Below, piece by piece: positions 13,300 through 26,389 of a stretch of DNA of 64,000 nucleotides. Position numbers and translations under genes: made by a program. Position 1 is the first letter of the stretch. Each line of letters begins with the position of its first letter. Location of the stretch: NCBI GenBank assembly GCA_964016885.1, contig OZ024743.1, positions 342,426,001-342,490,000 on the forward strand, read 5' to 3'. Below the pieces are notes generated by a model. That model was given only the letters and a program-made list of their open reading frames with translations. It was not told the DNA's origin and made no database searches. This DNA comes from Eledone cirrhosa. Taxonomy: Eukaryota.

Positions 13300-16020
13300 C
13301 TTTTGTTTGGTATGTCTAAATCACCTAGCGTTTAATTGGAAATAATATAAATGTGATTTACTGCTAGACAAACTAGAATATTAAGGCATATTTTCATATT
13401 TTTGGCAATGAGCTCTGTTTAATGTGTCTATAAAATTACTTCCTAACCTCTTTGTTCTTTTTCACTTGCTACAATACGCTGCTTTATTTATTTCAAAATA
13501 TTTGTAGGTCTCTTTTATAACTAATTCTCTTTGTTTATTATATTAGGTTTATATTCAATATGGATGCACATTTTAAAGATGAATTTTATGCGAAACGTCT
13601 TCTAAATCCGAATATCATATATAAAAGATTACCGGTCGCTTAGAATCTGGTGTGTAGAACTACATGTCTTTAATACACAAGTGTGGATAAATTGTCTTCC
13701 AACCGTATTTGTATTCAAGTCTAGTCTAGTTTAATATGTTAGTTAAATGTATTTTCCCCAGGCAAATGCTATGGTTGAATGGATGCTCTTGGATATTCTT
13801 CTTGTTAAAAAGAAAGGATTCGTTTGCATAATTCCCCCTTTTGTTTGCCATTTACTCAAGACGTATTTGATATATTTACTTGTTGTCAGAGCTACCTTAC
13901 TCGTGTCTAATGATTCGACAATCGTATAATACGGAACACTGTCAAAACCTTTCATTCCACACAAAAAAAATCAAACCATTCTTTCCCCTCTAGTCTACTG
14001 TTCTTTTGTGTGCGAATATGCCATGTGGATGTTTTATAATTGCTATTTACCGTCACACGAGACTTTTCAGCATATCTTCTGTTGTATTGGGAGTGAGATT
14101 TTCCCTAGGTAATCATTTATTTGCGATATTATCAAAGTATAGAATTATGAATTTACTGGATGGTCTTTGGTCTATTTTTTAATGCGATATTTTTTTTTCA
14201 TTGAGACAATACTGTGTTGCTTTGGTTCTTTCCATGGATCATTAAAAGTTTTTGCAACAACTTTGCGTTATATTATTCTACTTATTGCTGTCGGTTCTCC
14301 ATTGATTTCTATTGGGGTTTTACCTATTTATTGGTAAAATCGTTTTGGGCTGGCGTCAGATTGTAGTTTTTTTTTTCTCTTTGCAAACAACGGATTTTTA
14401 GCGTAAGTTGCAAAAAGTCTGTTGCTATAAAAAGGAAATTTTTTTTTTGATGTTCTTTCATTTCAATGTTTTGTTGTTCAGTATTTCTGTAGTAATGTGA
14501 ATCTTTTGTTTAATTTTGGCTTGCCTTTATTGATTTTTATACAGAAAGAATTCCTCTTCTCTCTACCAATCTATATGTGTGTACCTTTTTTTCTACGGTG
14601 TTTTTTTTAATTTATTTAGAAGTACCTATATTAGTAGTGAGGAAGTATTCAGTTCACTTGGTAACCAATGTGACTGATACAGATATTATTTAATTTATCC
14701 GCATGATATTCATATTCGCATATGTTTCCATAAATCTACGTTGGCTATGTTAGCTGTTATTATTTATTGTTAGGTTGGGGTGGTGGATTGGCAGAATCGG
14801 TAGAAAGTCGGATACTAAGCTTTGCAGCATAGAGTTACGGTACTTTACGGTCTGAGTTCAAATCCCGCCGAGATTAACTTTGCCTTTCATCCTTACAGGG
14901 TCGATAAAATAAAGTACCAGTAACGTGCTTTCCCTCCCCCCAAATTACTGGCCTTGTGATTTACTAGAAATCATTATTTATTGTTAGGTTTTATCAATAG
15001 GATAGAATGATTCTTAATTGAGGCTTAGAAAGATGTATCGATTCATATTATTTAACTATTTACACCCCTATGCCATTCCCCTATTCAAATTTACCATAAT
15101 AAGATTTTGCAATCTTAAATATTTCTAATATTGAATGTTATCTATATTTTCGTTCCTGAAATTCTGGTTTGGTTTTTGTTTTTCAATGTTTTATAGTTAT
15201 GCTAGGGTTTGATATTATTGTATGTTAGTATTATCTCGCATTTCTCTCACTCTGTCCAAATGATTTATGTTATATCTAAAATAATTTTATCAATTTGCAT
15301 TTATGCTTTTTGTTGTCTATTTCCTTTAATATATTTGTTAAGTACTTCTTTAAAACGTTCTATTTCTATGTCTGATATGTGATTTATTCTAATAATATTT
15401 CTTTCTAAATTAGCTAATCCCTTGGAAACTAAAGATACTTTAAATAAGGTTATACACATTTAGATAAGAGTTAGATATTCTTATTTTATGTCCGAGACGT
15501 GTATGTTAAGGATGTCTGCTTTCTGTGATACAAAGTTACATTTAACTCAAACGTATTGTCTCTTCAGAGCATATTGTAGGTATGTTCAGCTATTTTCAGT
15601 TTAGGTTTAAATTGTTGCTTTAAAGCATGCATAAAGTGGTTAAAATTATTCCTGTCGAATCCATTTATTCCTTCTGTTTTATTTGTATAGTAACGGCGGC
15701 TTCATGGTTTCTGGCATTGCACAATTTTTCAAACTATATTTTTCATATTATTTATGCACTACATTCAATGTAAGCATTCCCCATGTAACTGTGGTCAGAA
15801 TGATACTGTTTTCGTAAACATTAGCGACTCTTCTAAACATTTCTTATACATAACCATTAGTTAAAAATCAATACTATTCCAGTAATACGTTGATGCATTA
15901 CCACGCAGGTGTTCTTCATTTTCGTCATTTGTTTTCAATATTTCCTGCTGTTATTTTGTCGACGTGAATGGTTGTTTTTCGAGCAGTGAAATAGTAATGT
16001 ATATCTTTCATACACCCAGT
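13300..16020 (-). mobile_element. Heavily decayed R4-type LINE RT region
   Basis: KGFDSVP..W.T..GI.Q (13743-13964) and DIG..KCA remnants; boundaries approximate. Confidence 0.5.
14777..14972 (+). mobile_element. tRNA-derived SINE with target-site duplication
   Basis: A box TGGCAGAATCGG, B box GAGTTCAAATCC; flanking direct repeat ttatttattgttaggtt. Confidence 0.88.
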
Positions 16021-16182
16021 GTTCTTTGTGATCTTTCAATGAATCGAAAACTTTAAAAGATAAATAATAAAATATAATCCAAAATGTTAAAAACATTTAA
16101 ATTAAATCATTATTATCATCATTTTTATTTTTATTATTATTATCATTAATATTTTTTTTTATTATTATCAATGATAATAATA

Positions 16183-17330
16183 TTGGCGATTGACTTGTGA
16201 AGACATGTTATTGTGAGCTCCGAAATGTTGTTTGTTTTAAGTTGTTTGGAATTGTTATTTGTAAAATATTTTTCTTTTCAAATATGAATAAGGCACTATG
16301 TATTGCTTTCTGAAAAGAAGATAAAAAAATATTTGGACTTCGGCTCAAATATCGGAACTGTTTCCAAAAATAAATCTTTTCTTAAGAGAAAATCAAACAT
16401 ATTGGACGCCAAAATTTCATCCGCAAAAGAAAACAACGGTTCGTTTGATCAACAGAACAACCAATATTTTTCCCAACAGCAGTAATAGCGGCATCTGTGC
16501 TAAAGACAGCTGTGCTAAAAGCAGGCTTTTTATTTTGATTTTCCGAAAGTAACACCTTCACCACCACCACAAAAGATCTTATCAAAGAAACTAAAAAGCA
16601 ATAACACCACCACCACCTCTGCAACAACAACAACAACAGCAGCATTCCGACCAGTTCTACCCACAACCTCCACAGTATGTGGTGCATTATAGAGAAGTAG
16701 TGAGTTAAGGTACCTGGCACAAGTGGGATCCTGATCAACTTCGATCAGCTTTAGATCAGTGTTTCCCAACCTTTTTCATGCCCGCACCCCTAAAAGTTTT
16801 TATAAATATATTCTCGTACCCCTTAAAATGTAATAATTTATTTTAGGATAAAGCAGACGAATTAATACTAAATTTGAGCAACAAATTTATATAATCTAAT
16901 ATTTTAATAATATGTAAACAAAAATGAAACATGAAAAAAAAAATATTATAACAAATTAAACTTTGAATAATACTATTAATAAAGCAAAATACTGAAATGG
17001 TATCTCGCACCCCTGGTTGGGAAACCCTTATTTAGATGAAGTCGACCATCGGTATTTGGCGGCGGTCTTCAAGGTAGCAAGTTGCGGATTCGTTTTTAAG
17101 TTATGAGTAGCTGCAATGCATAGCAACATTTTCTCGGTGCCCAGAGTGACTATGGGAAAAGTTCAATATCATGTGCTCTGTCGGCCAAGTTGTGCCCACT
17201 CGTCAATGTGGTTCGTACTCATTCTAGAGATATTGCATAAATCGGAGACGATGACGGGTTCGACAGGCGAACTAAGACATGAGAGACCCGTGTCAGCATA
17301 TGCCAATGGCGTATTGAGAGAAATAGAAAT
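16183..17330 (+). mobile_element. Internally deleted, diverged second copy of the Tx1-like family
   Basis: 5' end attggcga..gtgagctccg matches 5430-5470 and follows degenerate (ATT)n; 17040-17310 matches RT at 9410-9690 (gaccatcg, gtgtcagcatatgc). Confidence 0.7.
16757..17028. mobile_element. hAT (Charlie-like) MITE
   Basis: TIRs cagtgtttcccaacc / ggttgggaaaccctt; 8-bp flanks ctttagat / atttagat. Confidence 0.75.
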
Positions 17331-17464
17331 TGTTTTACACACACACACACACACATATATATACATTCACAAATACATACAAATACATACATAATACATG
17401 CATACCTACATTCATAAATACATACACACATACGTACACACATAATACATGCATACATACATTC

Positions 17465-17513
<49 letters not shown>

Positions 17514-17618
17514 TCTCTGGGCGAGAAATGTTTTAACTTTTCGTACCATGAATCCTTTGTGATCAAAAAATTCGATTGATATCTGCCCTATTGCATCTAC
17601 AACTTCGATTTATACTTC

Positions 17619-17712
<94 letters not shown>

Positions 17713-17716
17713 ATAT

Positions 17717-18143
17717 ATTAGAATTGGTGGTCTGAAATAGCGATATATATATGAATGTATATATAGTGTATTTTGCAATACACTGTATGCTTAATTAAAA
17801 GCATTTCGAAGACCTTACGCTATTGTTTTAGAGTAGTGACAGTCTCACTTACTTTAAATTTTCAGCAAACAGGGGAGATAAAGCTGACAGAGCTCTGTTT
17901 CGTACTGATTGGTACTTATCAAAGCCAAGTACTCCACCTGTTTGCTGAAAATCATGAATGTTTGATTCTTATAGAATTCTAGTATTAATCAGGAACTGAT
18001 TATACAGAGCGGTGGCCGGTCAAGCAGAAATTGAAAATTAGAATTGGTGCTCTGAAATAGCGATATATATATGAATTTATATATAGTGTATTTTGCAATA
18101 CACTGTATGCTTAATTAAAAGCATTTCGAAGACCTTACGCTAT
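17717..18143 (-). mobile_element. Retrozyme-like/PLE-derived non-coding module: 107-bp direct repeats, 320-bp period
   Basis: 17717-17823 nearly identical to 18037-18143; internal hammerhead; (TA)n flanks. Confidence 0.7.
17882..17926 (-). ncRNA. Type I hammerhead, U3-A8 core variant
   Basis: Minus strand GGCT-TTGATAA-GTAC caatca GTAC-GAAA-CAGAGCTCTG-TC-AGCT. Confidence 0.8.
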
Positions 18144-18477
18144 ATATATATAGACATACAATTAAACTATCTTACTCTATTACTATGAACCTAGCACAAA
18201 ATATAAATAGAATCAATTATAGAAATCTAAACCTTAACCAGACTAACACTAATACCTCTAGCAATATCCAATATAATAATACTTTTCCGAATAATATAAA
18301 CTCTGATAAATGTAATTGTAGTATTAAATCTAACTGTCCTTTAAACAATAACTGTTTAGTTAAAAATGTGGTCTATAAATGCCATGTCAAAACCAATGAT
18401 AATATTTTTAACTATGTTGGCTCAACTTCTATAGACTTTAAATCTCGTTTCAATAATCATAAATGTTCGTTTAATAA

Positions 18478-18659
18478 TTGTTTCTACTTTAGGCACAAGG
18501 CCAGCAATTAGCCAGTGCATTACTGGTACTTTATTTTATCGACCCTGTAAGGATGAAAGGCAAAGTCAACCTCGGCGGGATTTGAACTCAGATCATAAAG
18601 GGACGTAACTACGCTGGAAAGCATGGCGTCCGACCCTCTACCGATACTGCCAATCCACC
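18478..18659 (-). mobile_element. SINE inserted in the PLE endonuclease
   Basis: SINE consensus; TSD gttcgtttaataat on both sides. Confidence 0.9.
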
Positions 18660-20223
18660 GTTCGTTTAATAATATTGGTAAAACATCTTCAACTTCTCTA
18701 TCCAACTTGATATGGAACTTAAAATCCTAAAATAGAGACTATTCTTTAACTTGGAATGTAATTTCAAAAGCACCCACTTGCAGAAACACAGCTTTATCTA
18801 AAGTTTGCAAATTGTGTGTTGGGAACATTTTCTTCATACTTAAATGTAAGAACTCCATTAATATACGTAACAATTTATTTAGTTCTTGTAAACATCGCCA
18901 AAACTCAACTTTTAGATCTATATATAAAATATAATTACACGTTTAATTTTTTCTACATAATATTTACTTTATCCAAACACCTATAATTTCATTTCTTAAA
19001 TTATATGCATATATGTTTCTAAATTCTAAATCTTTAAATTTAAATTTAATGTAATTCAAATTTTAATATTTTTACTTCTTAAATATATATAATTTACTTC
19101 TTAAATTTTTACTTTTTAATATTTTTACTTCTTAAATATCTTTATTTTATCTTACTTCCAAAATATCTGTAAATCTTTTTAGAAAAATTATTTAAATTTC
19201 TTTTTTAAATTACTTATTTCCAAAAAAACTATTTTTTAAGGATTATTTGGGCTATCTTAATATTTTAATATATTTTTTAGTATTTTTCTAATATTTTTAA
19301 ATATTTTTAAATATTTTTAAGTATTTTTAAATATTTCTTAATATTATTTCTTAATATTATTTCTTTATATTTTCTGAATAATTTCAGGTTTTTAATTATA
19401 TTATATGAATAATTTTAGGTTTTTAAATAATTTTTAATATTTTAATTATTTAATATTAGAGTTATAACCAATAACTAACTCTGGCTAAATATATCTTTAA
19501 ACATATCTTTGTCAAAATTATCTCATAATAACTAATAAATAAACAAAACTGGGATTTTCAATATTTTTCCAATGTTTAAAAACATTAAAAACATATAAGT
19601 AATCTTATTAACTCAGTTAATTTAATTTAATTAAATTTAAATACTTACACTAAATATAAACTAGTATCCCTCATAATTTATCATCTATAACATGATATAC
19701 CCATCAATCCACTCATATATCTATCCTTATATCTATCCTTATATCTATATTTTTATCCTATACTTCTACTTTATATCTATTTATTTTAAATCTATTTTTT
19801 AATATATTTTAATATATCTATTTTTTCGATATATCTAATTTTCTATATACTTATAATACTAAATAAATATTTATTACAATAGAATTCTAACAATTATTAG
19901 TAAATATACGTAACATAAATATGTAACATAAACATAAGACTTATTTACGTTATATGAGCTCATCCTCGGATAAGCTTCTTTCTTAGCACTTTCTTCACTC
20001 TATTTCTTCACTCTGTTTCTACATATACTAATATTTTACTTTTCTCTCTCTTCTTCCCACAGCGTAATTTAAATAAACGGTTGTTTTTTCAATTTTTCGG
20101 ACATTCATTTGCATATTCACACATAACTTTGAATTACCCTTAATAAATTTTCACTATCCAGCGAATTTTCAACCGTCAAGGTTGTTTTCCATGGTTATGT
20201 CACTATTTATAAAACAAATTTTG

Positions 20224-20287
20224 TATTTTATCTGATGAAAGCGCACCAAGATGGCTTGGTCGCCCTTGAAATATATATAATAAAATA
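20224..20287 (+). ncRNA. Type I hammerhead ribozyme
   Basis: TATTTTAT-CTGATGA-stem II (ACCAAG/CTTGGT)-GAAA-TATATA-TA-ATAAAATA; perfect 8-bp stem I. Confidence 0.88.
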
Positions 20288-20416
20288 ATTATGGTTTTAT
20301 AAATATAGTTTCCATTTATTAATATATTGAATATTTACTCCAGTGATTGTTGAGTGCTCTATATCAGTTATAAACTTTTAAATTTGTTGGAATCCCAACA
20401 AATTAAATATAACTTC

Positions 20417-20460
<44 letters not shown>

Positions 20461-20461
<1 letters not shown>

Positions 20462-23400
20462 GATATTAACAAATGGAAACTATATTTATAAAACCATATT
20501 TATTTTATTATACATATTTCAAGGACACCACGTTAAATTATGGTGTACTTTCATCAGAGAAAATCCAATATAGATCAGTTTTATAAATAAATATTGACAT
20601 ACCCTTAAAAATGCAACCATTACCGTTGGAAGCTCCCGGATAGTGGAGTGTTTACTTATAATAGTATTGGGTATTTTTATTTTTAAAATAAGTCGTTGGG
20701 TTACAGAGAAAGAAAAAGAAGGAGAGAGAGAGAAAGAGAGAAAGAAAGAAAAAAGAAAAAAGAGAGAAAAGAGAGAGAGATACCAAAACAACAGAGAGAG
20801 AAAAATATAGAGATAGAGAGGAGACAGAGAGAAGGGGAGTGAGCGAAAACACTACGCCATATCTTGTTGAGTTAACTTAACAATTGAGATGAAATGAATA
20901 AATAAAATTAGAAATGTTAATAATCATGAATGGAATATACATATATAATATGAGAAATTAATCATTGTTTAAATAAGATTAGATGTTTAGTTAATCATTT
21001 AAAAATTGAGATCAATATATTAAAAATTGGGATCTATACATTAAGAAATCCATATATTGCTAGAGAACTACATATCATATAACACGTATACACACGTAAA
21101 AATACATATAAATATATATACACACTTATAAAATAAAATAAAATACATACCATATCTAACTACGTATATAATATATACACACAAAGCATAAAGGATTCTT
21201 TAATTTAATGTTATACACCCTTTATATTATTAAATACATTTTATATATATATATATATAAGATTACCTGTTATGTATTTATGGCTGTTAATTAGATGTCT
21301 ATCTGTCAGGAATCATTGGGATAAACATTATACATAAGTGCAATCAAATTGTATGGATATACACGCACATGTACATATATAATTCTCACATATACATACA
21401 TATACATGTGTGTGTACCCTCAGCCAATAGGTAGATACGCATCACGCATACATATACATACAGACAGACATATATTCATAAAAACGCATAGAACATATGT
21501 ACATGTGTGTCAATATACACATATACATATATACTCACATATAGAGAGAAGTATACATCAATACAGTACATAGTATAATTGAGTACATAAAATACAAAAG
21601 GATTATATTACAATTTGGAAATATAATTATAGCAATATAACTTTAAAAGCAATACAATTTTAAAATATTATAGAATATTTTAAGTTAAATTAATAGTATG
21701 TTTAATAGATTTAGTATAGAAATTTATCTTACGTATATTTAACTCAAAATATTGAAAGGATAAACTTTCGAAAATATGAGAAGCTATCAGAATAAGAAAA
21801 CAAAAAAAAATTTTTTTAATAAAAAAAAAATAAATAAATAAATAAATAAAAAAAAAATAATAATAATAAAAATAATAAAAAATTTAAAAAATAAAAAATA
21901 AAAAAAATAAAAAAAAAATAAATAAAAAATAAAATAAAAAATAAAAATAATAGGAAATATTTTCTCCTTTCAAGAGCTCTCAATATATTTCTCTAGAATA
22001 GTTTATTATATTTATATTTATATTTAGGAATAAAAAGTTATTTATACTTGAGTGTTTAATCAAAAAAAGATGAAGGAATCTAATGATTTATCGACAGGTT
22101 TCATATATTAATAAAATTAATTAATTAATTATATACTACATTTTAAATTTATATTTATATTTAAACGTTGAGTTTAATCTATGTCTGCAGCAACTGAATA
22201 AATTATTCCTTAAGTTCAGGGAATTTTTGGTCTTTAATATAATTTTCTGAAGAGGAGTTAAAAGGAGTGGCTTTTGAAATAATATTCTAAATCAACGAAT
22301 ATTCAACGTTCTCTAGTTTTAGGTCCCATAATAGGCTAGATAGAGAAGTTGAAGATTTTTTGTTTGGATCTGTAAAAGAATTTTTATGATCATTGAAGCG
22401 GGATTTAAACTCTGTGGAAGTAGATCCCACATAATTAAATGAATTTAAATTAGTTTTTACATTACAATTATATACTACATTTTTAGCTAAGCAATTGTTA
22501 TTTAACGGACAGTTAGATTTATTTCTACAGTTACATTTATCAGATTGAATATTGCTTGGGTTATTATTGGTATTTTGGTTAGGTTTTAAATTTCTATTAT
22601 TAATTCTATTAATATTTTACGCTAAATTTTTGGTGGAAGAATAAGTTAATTTTATAGTATGTCTATTAAAAATTGAGTAATATCTATGTGTTCTAGGGAA
22701 GCATTTGTCAAGAGCTTTAAAGAATAGTTTAGCAATAGGGGTTTTAATATTTAATGATAAAGGGAGAGCGAACCATAATATGTTCCTAGTTCTATTTATT
22801 TTGGGGCTTTCGGAATTAATGTAAGGTTTTCTATTATAGTTGTTAAAATTGTTACGATAGTTAAAATTGTTACGATTATGGTTATTTGTTATATTATTAT
22901 TATTATCGATATATTTAATTTTATTTCTATACCCAGCTCTACCTAACGCTTCGTTGCAATAATGTGCTTTTTCATCAAATATATTCTTATTAGATGAAAT
23001 TCTCGAAATTCGTTCTTGTACAGAGGTCACTATAGTATTTTTAACGGATCTGGAGTGATTAGAGTTAAAATTGACATAATTTAAGTTCTCATTTAGTTTG
23101 TGAAATGGATAATGAAGACATGTGTTAAGATTTAGTGTTACATCTAGAAAATTGACTATTTTATGGTTATTCTCTATTTCTATTTTTAGATTAAGGTAAT
23201 TAAAAAATTGTATAATTTGTTTTCTTTTTCTATTTAGTTCACAGTTATTATATTCTATAAGTAAAATCATGTCGTCACGTTGTAAACCTCCGGTTATCGC
23301 AAGTATTTTTCTATGTAGAGAATTAATTATAAATAGGCCCACAAGATCCGTTACCTGAGCTGAGTCGGAAGATCCCATAGTTATGTCGAAATTATTATTT

Positions 23401-24330
23401 CTATCTGCCCATTCCAGAGTTGGTTATTAAATTCTATTAATATTTTCCGTGCCGATAATATAATGTGCATTTCATTGCTAGTTATGTCTGTATGTTTAAA
23501 TGCGTAAGTTAGTGCCTTATTCAGTAGATTAGGAGTGATAGACGAGTAGTAGTTAGCAATATCCAACTGAATAAACTTATTATTATAGTTATATTTAATT
23601 TCTTTAAACCAATCGATAACTTCACTAGGTCCTTTCCATAATTTTAAATAAGATAAATTTGATAAATTCTTAATTTGTGGTATTATTCTGTCCAGAATAT
23701 TTTTGCTAAGTCTGCCAAGTTCAGATTTAGATGGTGCAATTAATCTGACTGGTAAATCAGTTTCGAAGTTCCTTTTATGATCCTTCATATTAATCTCAGG
23801 TTTCCTTGGCATGAAGGGTTGTGTCCTATTTTCAATGACTAGTTCATGCATTATATAAGAGGCATCTGTATTCAATTTTTCAAGGTCGTCTTTATTTGCT
23901 TAATTCCTTTAATATAAGATCGTTATAAATGTCCTCTTGTATTCCGTAAAGATTATTGGTTTTGTCAGACTTGACTAGAATTTTCTCCGTTTTCTCCAAG
24001 TTTTCAATATTATTTTTAATATTTCTTAAGTAATCCTGGCCTTTGAAGTTGTTTTTGAATTTGATGATTTGGATGATAGATATGATATCATTTTCAAAAT
24101 CCATTAGTAGTTTGTTGGGGGGTGGATTTTTTTTAGATTTGAAGATTTTATCCAGATTGGAAACATTTTCATTTAGATTAGATTTATCAAAGTGGAAAGC
24201 GCGCCACCTGATTCTTCTTATAAAAGAGTTTGATTTTTCTATTAATTGTTTAATAAAATCTTTATTCCTAGGTAGAGATATGTCTTTTAGAGAAGAAGAG
24301 ATCTTAAAGAATTCCATTTTTCAGTTATAA
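20461..24330 (-). mobile_element. Near full-length Penelope-like element (RT + C-terminal GIY-YIG; Nematis-like by motif), with pLTR HHR at 20501-20564
   Basis: KSDKT, PVRLI, IQLDIANYYSSI, MGSSDSAQVTDLVG, QRDD, NFLDVTL, CNCRNKSNCPL, VVY..YVG; ORF ~24317-22170 broken by stops and frameshifts. Confidence 0.9.
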
Positions 24331-25594
24331 TATACTAGTGTGAATGTGAGGGAGAAAGAGAGAGAAACAGACAGGCAGAGACAGAAAGAAAGAAAAAAAG
24401 AAAGATTGAAATAAAGAAAGAAAGAAAAAAGAAAGAAGGAAAGCAAGGACAAAAGAAACTAGAAAGAAAAACAGAAAGAAAGAAAGAAACAAACAAATAA
24501 ACAAACAAACAAAAACGAAAGAAAGAAAAATACATCACAGATTTTGACCTAAAAATTACATTTAATTAACTTTCACTGCTGCTTCTTCTTTTCGGTTTCT
24601 CAGTCGCGCTACATTAATTCTTTTAATTTGTCTGTAATTCGTGCTTTTGACCACATAGTCGGGCTGGAGAGTAAATTATCTTATGGTTTCTATTTGAATA
24701 CTCACGCAAAATGTTGTGATCATTTGTTGAGAAATGTCAATGTTGTTTGAAAACAAATTCACAATAACCTCTAAGCTAATTATATCGACTATAGTAATTG
24801 TTTGTTGTTGTTTAACCTGAAGTTATCAGATGATGTATTCCTGATTGCAGTATTTCTGTGTAGAAGAATAAATGGAAACCTCAGGAATGATTTTGATCCT
24901 TTCTGGATGACCTGAGTTTCAAGAACAATAATAACAGATATATACGATAATTCATAGATATTTTCGACAGTTAGATAATAAACTAAATAGTGAACAACGT
25001 GTGGATTACACATTTAAAAGCAATTTTCGAAACCTTTCTCAGCTTTAAGCTAAGATATAAGCAAAATAATGAGCGAAGCTGTAAGCAAACCCACAAGCTA
25101 AGCTATAATACACAAGCGTTGAACTAGTTCCTGATTTATATTCATTCGATTTAAGCCTTCTTATTTGGAAGCTATTTATTTGTTTCTGGCAGCGAAGTAT
25201 TTTCAGTCGATAACAATATATTGTTTCTTCTTCGTTATTTGATATTTAACATCTGAATAACCATTGTATGAAGATTTATGAATTTTATGCTGATCTTTCG
25301 TTGTAACAGCAAGCGGTCTTTCTTCGTTATTCTATCAAATGCCTGGAAAATTTATTCTTCAATTCTGCAGACCAATTATTTTATTATCTCGCAATTTTTT
25401 TTAGATAACGAGTCCGGTTGTAAGTTTCCAGCGGGAGAATCATTTGTCCATTACCTCTCCGATGGTTGCAGAGACAGTAGAATGACTACCAAACCCAGAA
25501 AAAGAAATATTATCCTTCACCATACTGGTTATATTTGCAATTATAGCCGCTATATATAGTTTTCGCTGACGTGTATAGTTTTCACTAGTATAAA

Positions 25595-25655
<61 letters not shown>

Positions 25656-25701
25656 AAGTAAAATAAATAAGTCAAATGTTTAAAATTTAGCTTCGTTTAT
25701 T

Positions 25702-25739
25702 ACTGCTATATATATTTGGCTGTGACCTCTTCAGGCAGT
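25702..25739 (-). ncRNA. Decayed minimal hammerhead
   Basis: ACTGC-CTGAAGA-GG..CC-AAA-TATATA-TA-GCAGT then AATAAA; G of GAAA missing. Confidence 0.6.
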
Positions 25740-26012
25740 CCGAATTAGTGTGGTATAGACAAGTACATATGTTGTTGAGGTGTATAATTTTGTCAATACT
25801 CTGATATGCCCAGTTCTTGGTTGGGTTGTTATTTCACTGAGGAACTGGAATCATGTGATTCCAGTTCCTCAGTGAAATATTTATTTTACTTTATTTTACA
25901 TTACTCCGGAGTAACCAACCTGCGCACCACGTCGAGTGCTCCAGCCTGCATACTGAGGTGTTGGTATACAATCAACATATACTCAAAATCTATATATATA
26001 TATATATCACAG

Positions 26013-26191
26013 ACAGAAAAGAAAGAGTGTTGCAACGAAAGGAATTTTTGGACATATTACAATTGTTTCTCGGGCGACGAGCTCAAGGTTTGATCACCAC
26101 ATCGATCGTGCCTCGAGCTGGTCGCCGGAGAAACAATTGTAATATGTCCAGTAAATTCCTTTCGTCGCAACACTGATTCTCTTTTTTCTGT
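26013..26191. repeat. Fold-back element carrying an HHR 3' half
   Basis: ~75-bp inverted arms; GAAA-CAATTG-TA at 26130; (TA)n flanks. Confidence 0.8.
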
Positions 26192-26389
26192 AATATCTTA
26201 CTCTGCTCTTTGAAGGCATCGAATGCTCATACGTCCTACCGTATACGGACGCTTTAAGCATCCAACACCAATTATATATATATATATACACATATATATA
26301 TGTGTGTGTGTGTGTATATATATATATATGTGACTCTGTGTGTGTATGTGTGTATGTGTGTGTGTGCGTGTGTGTGTTTATGTGTATGT

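Larger units (their letters stand above)
18156..20420 (+). mobile_element. 5'-truncated Penelope-like element (GIY-YIG end, AT-rich 3' region, pLTR)
   Basis: CNC..KSNCPLNNNC..VVYKC..YVGST..FKSRFNNH; pLTR with HHR; ends in (TA)n. Confidence 0.85.

Noticed and set aside
24560-25590. Possible coding remnant
   Set aside because: No recognisable motif in any frame; left unannotated.
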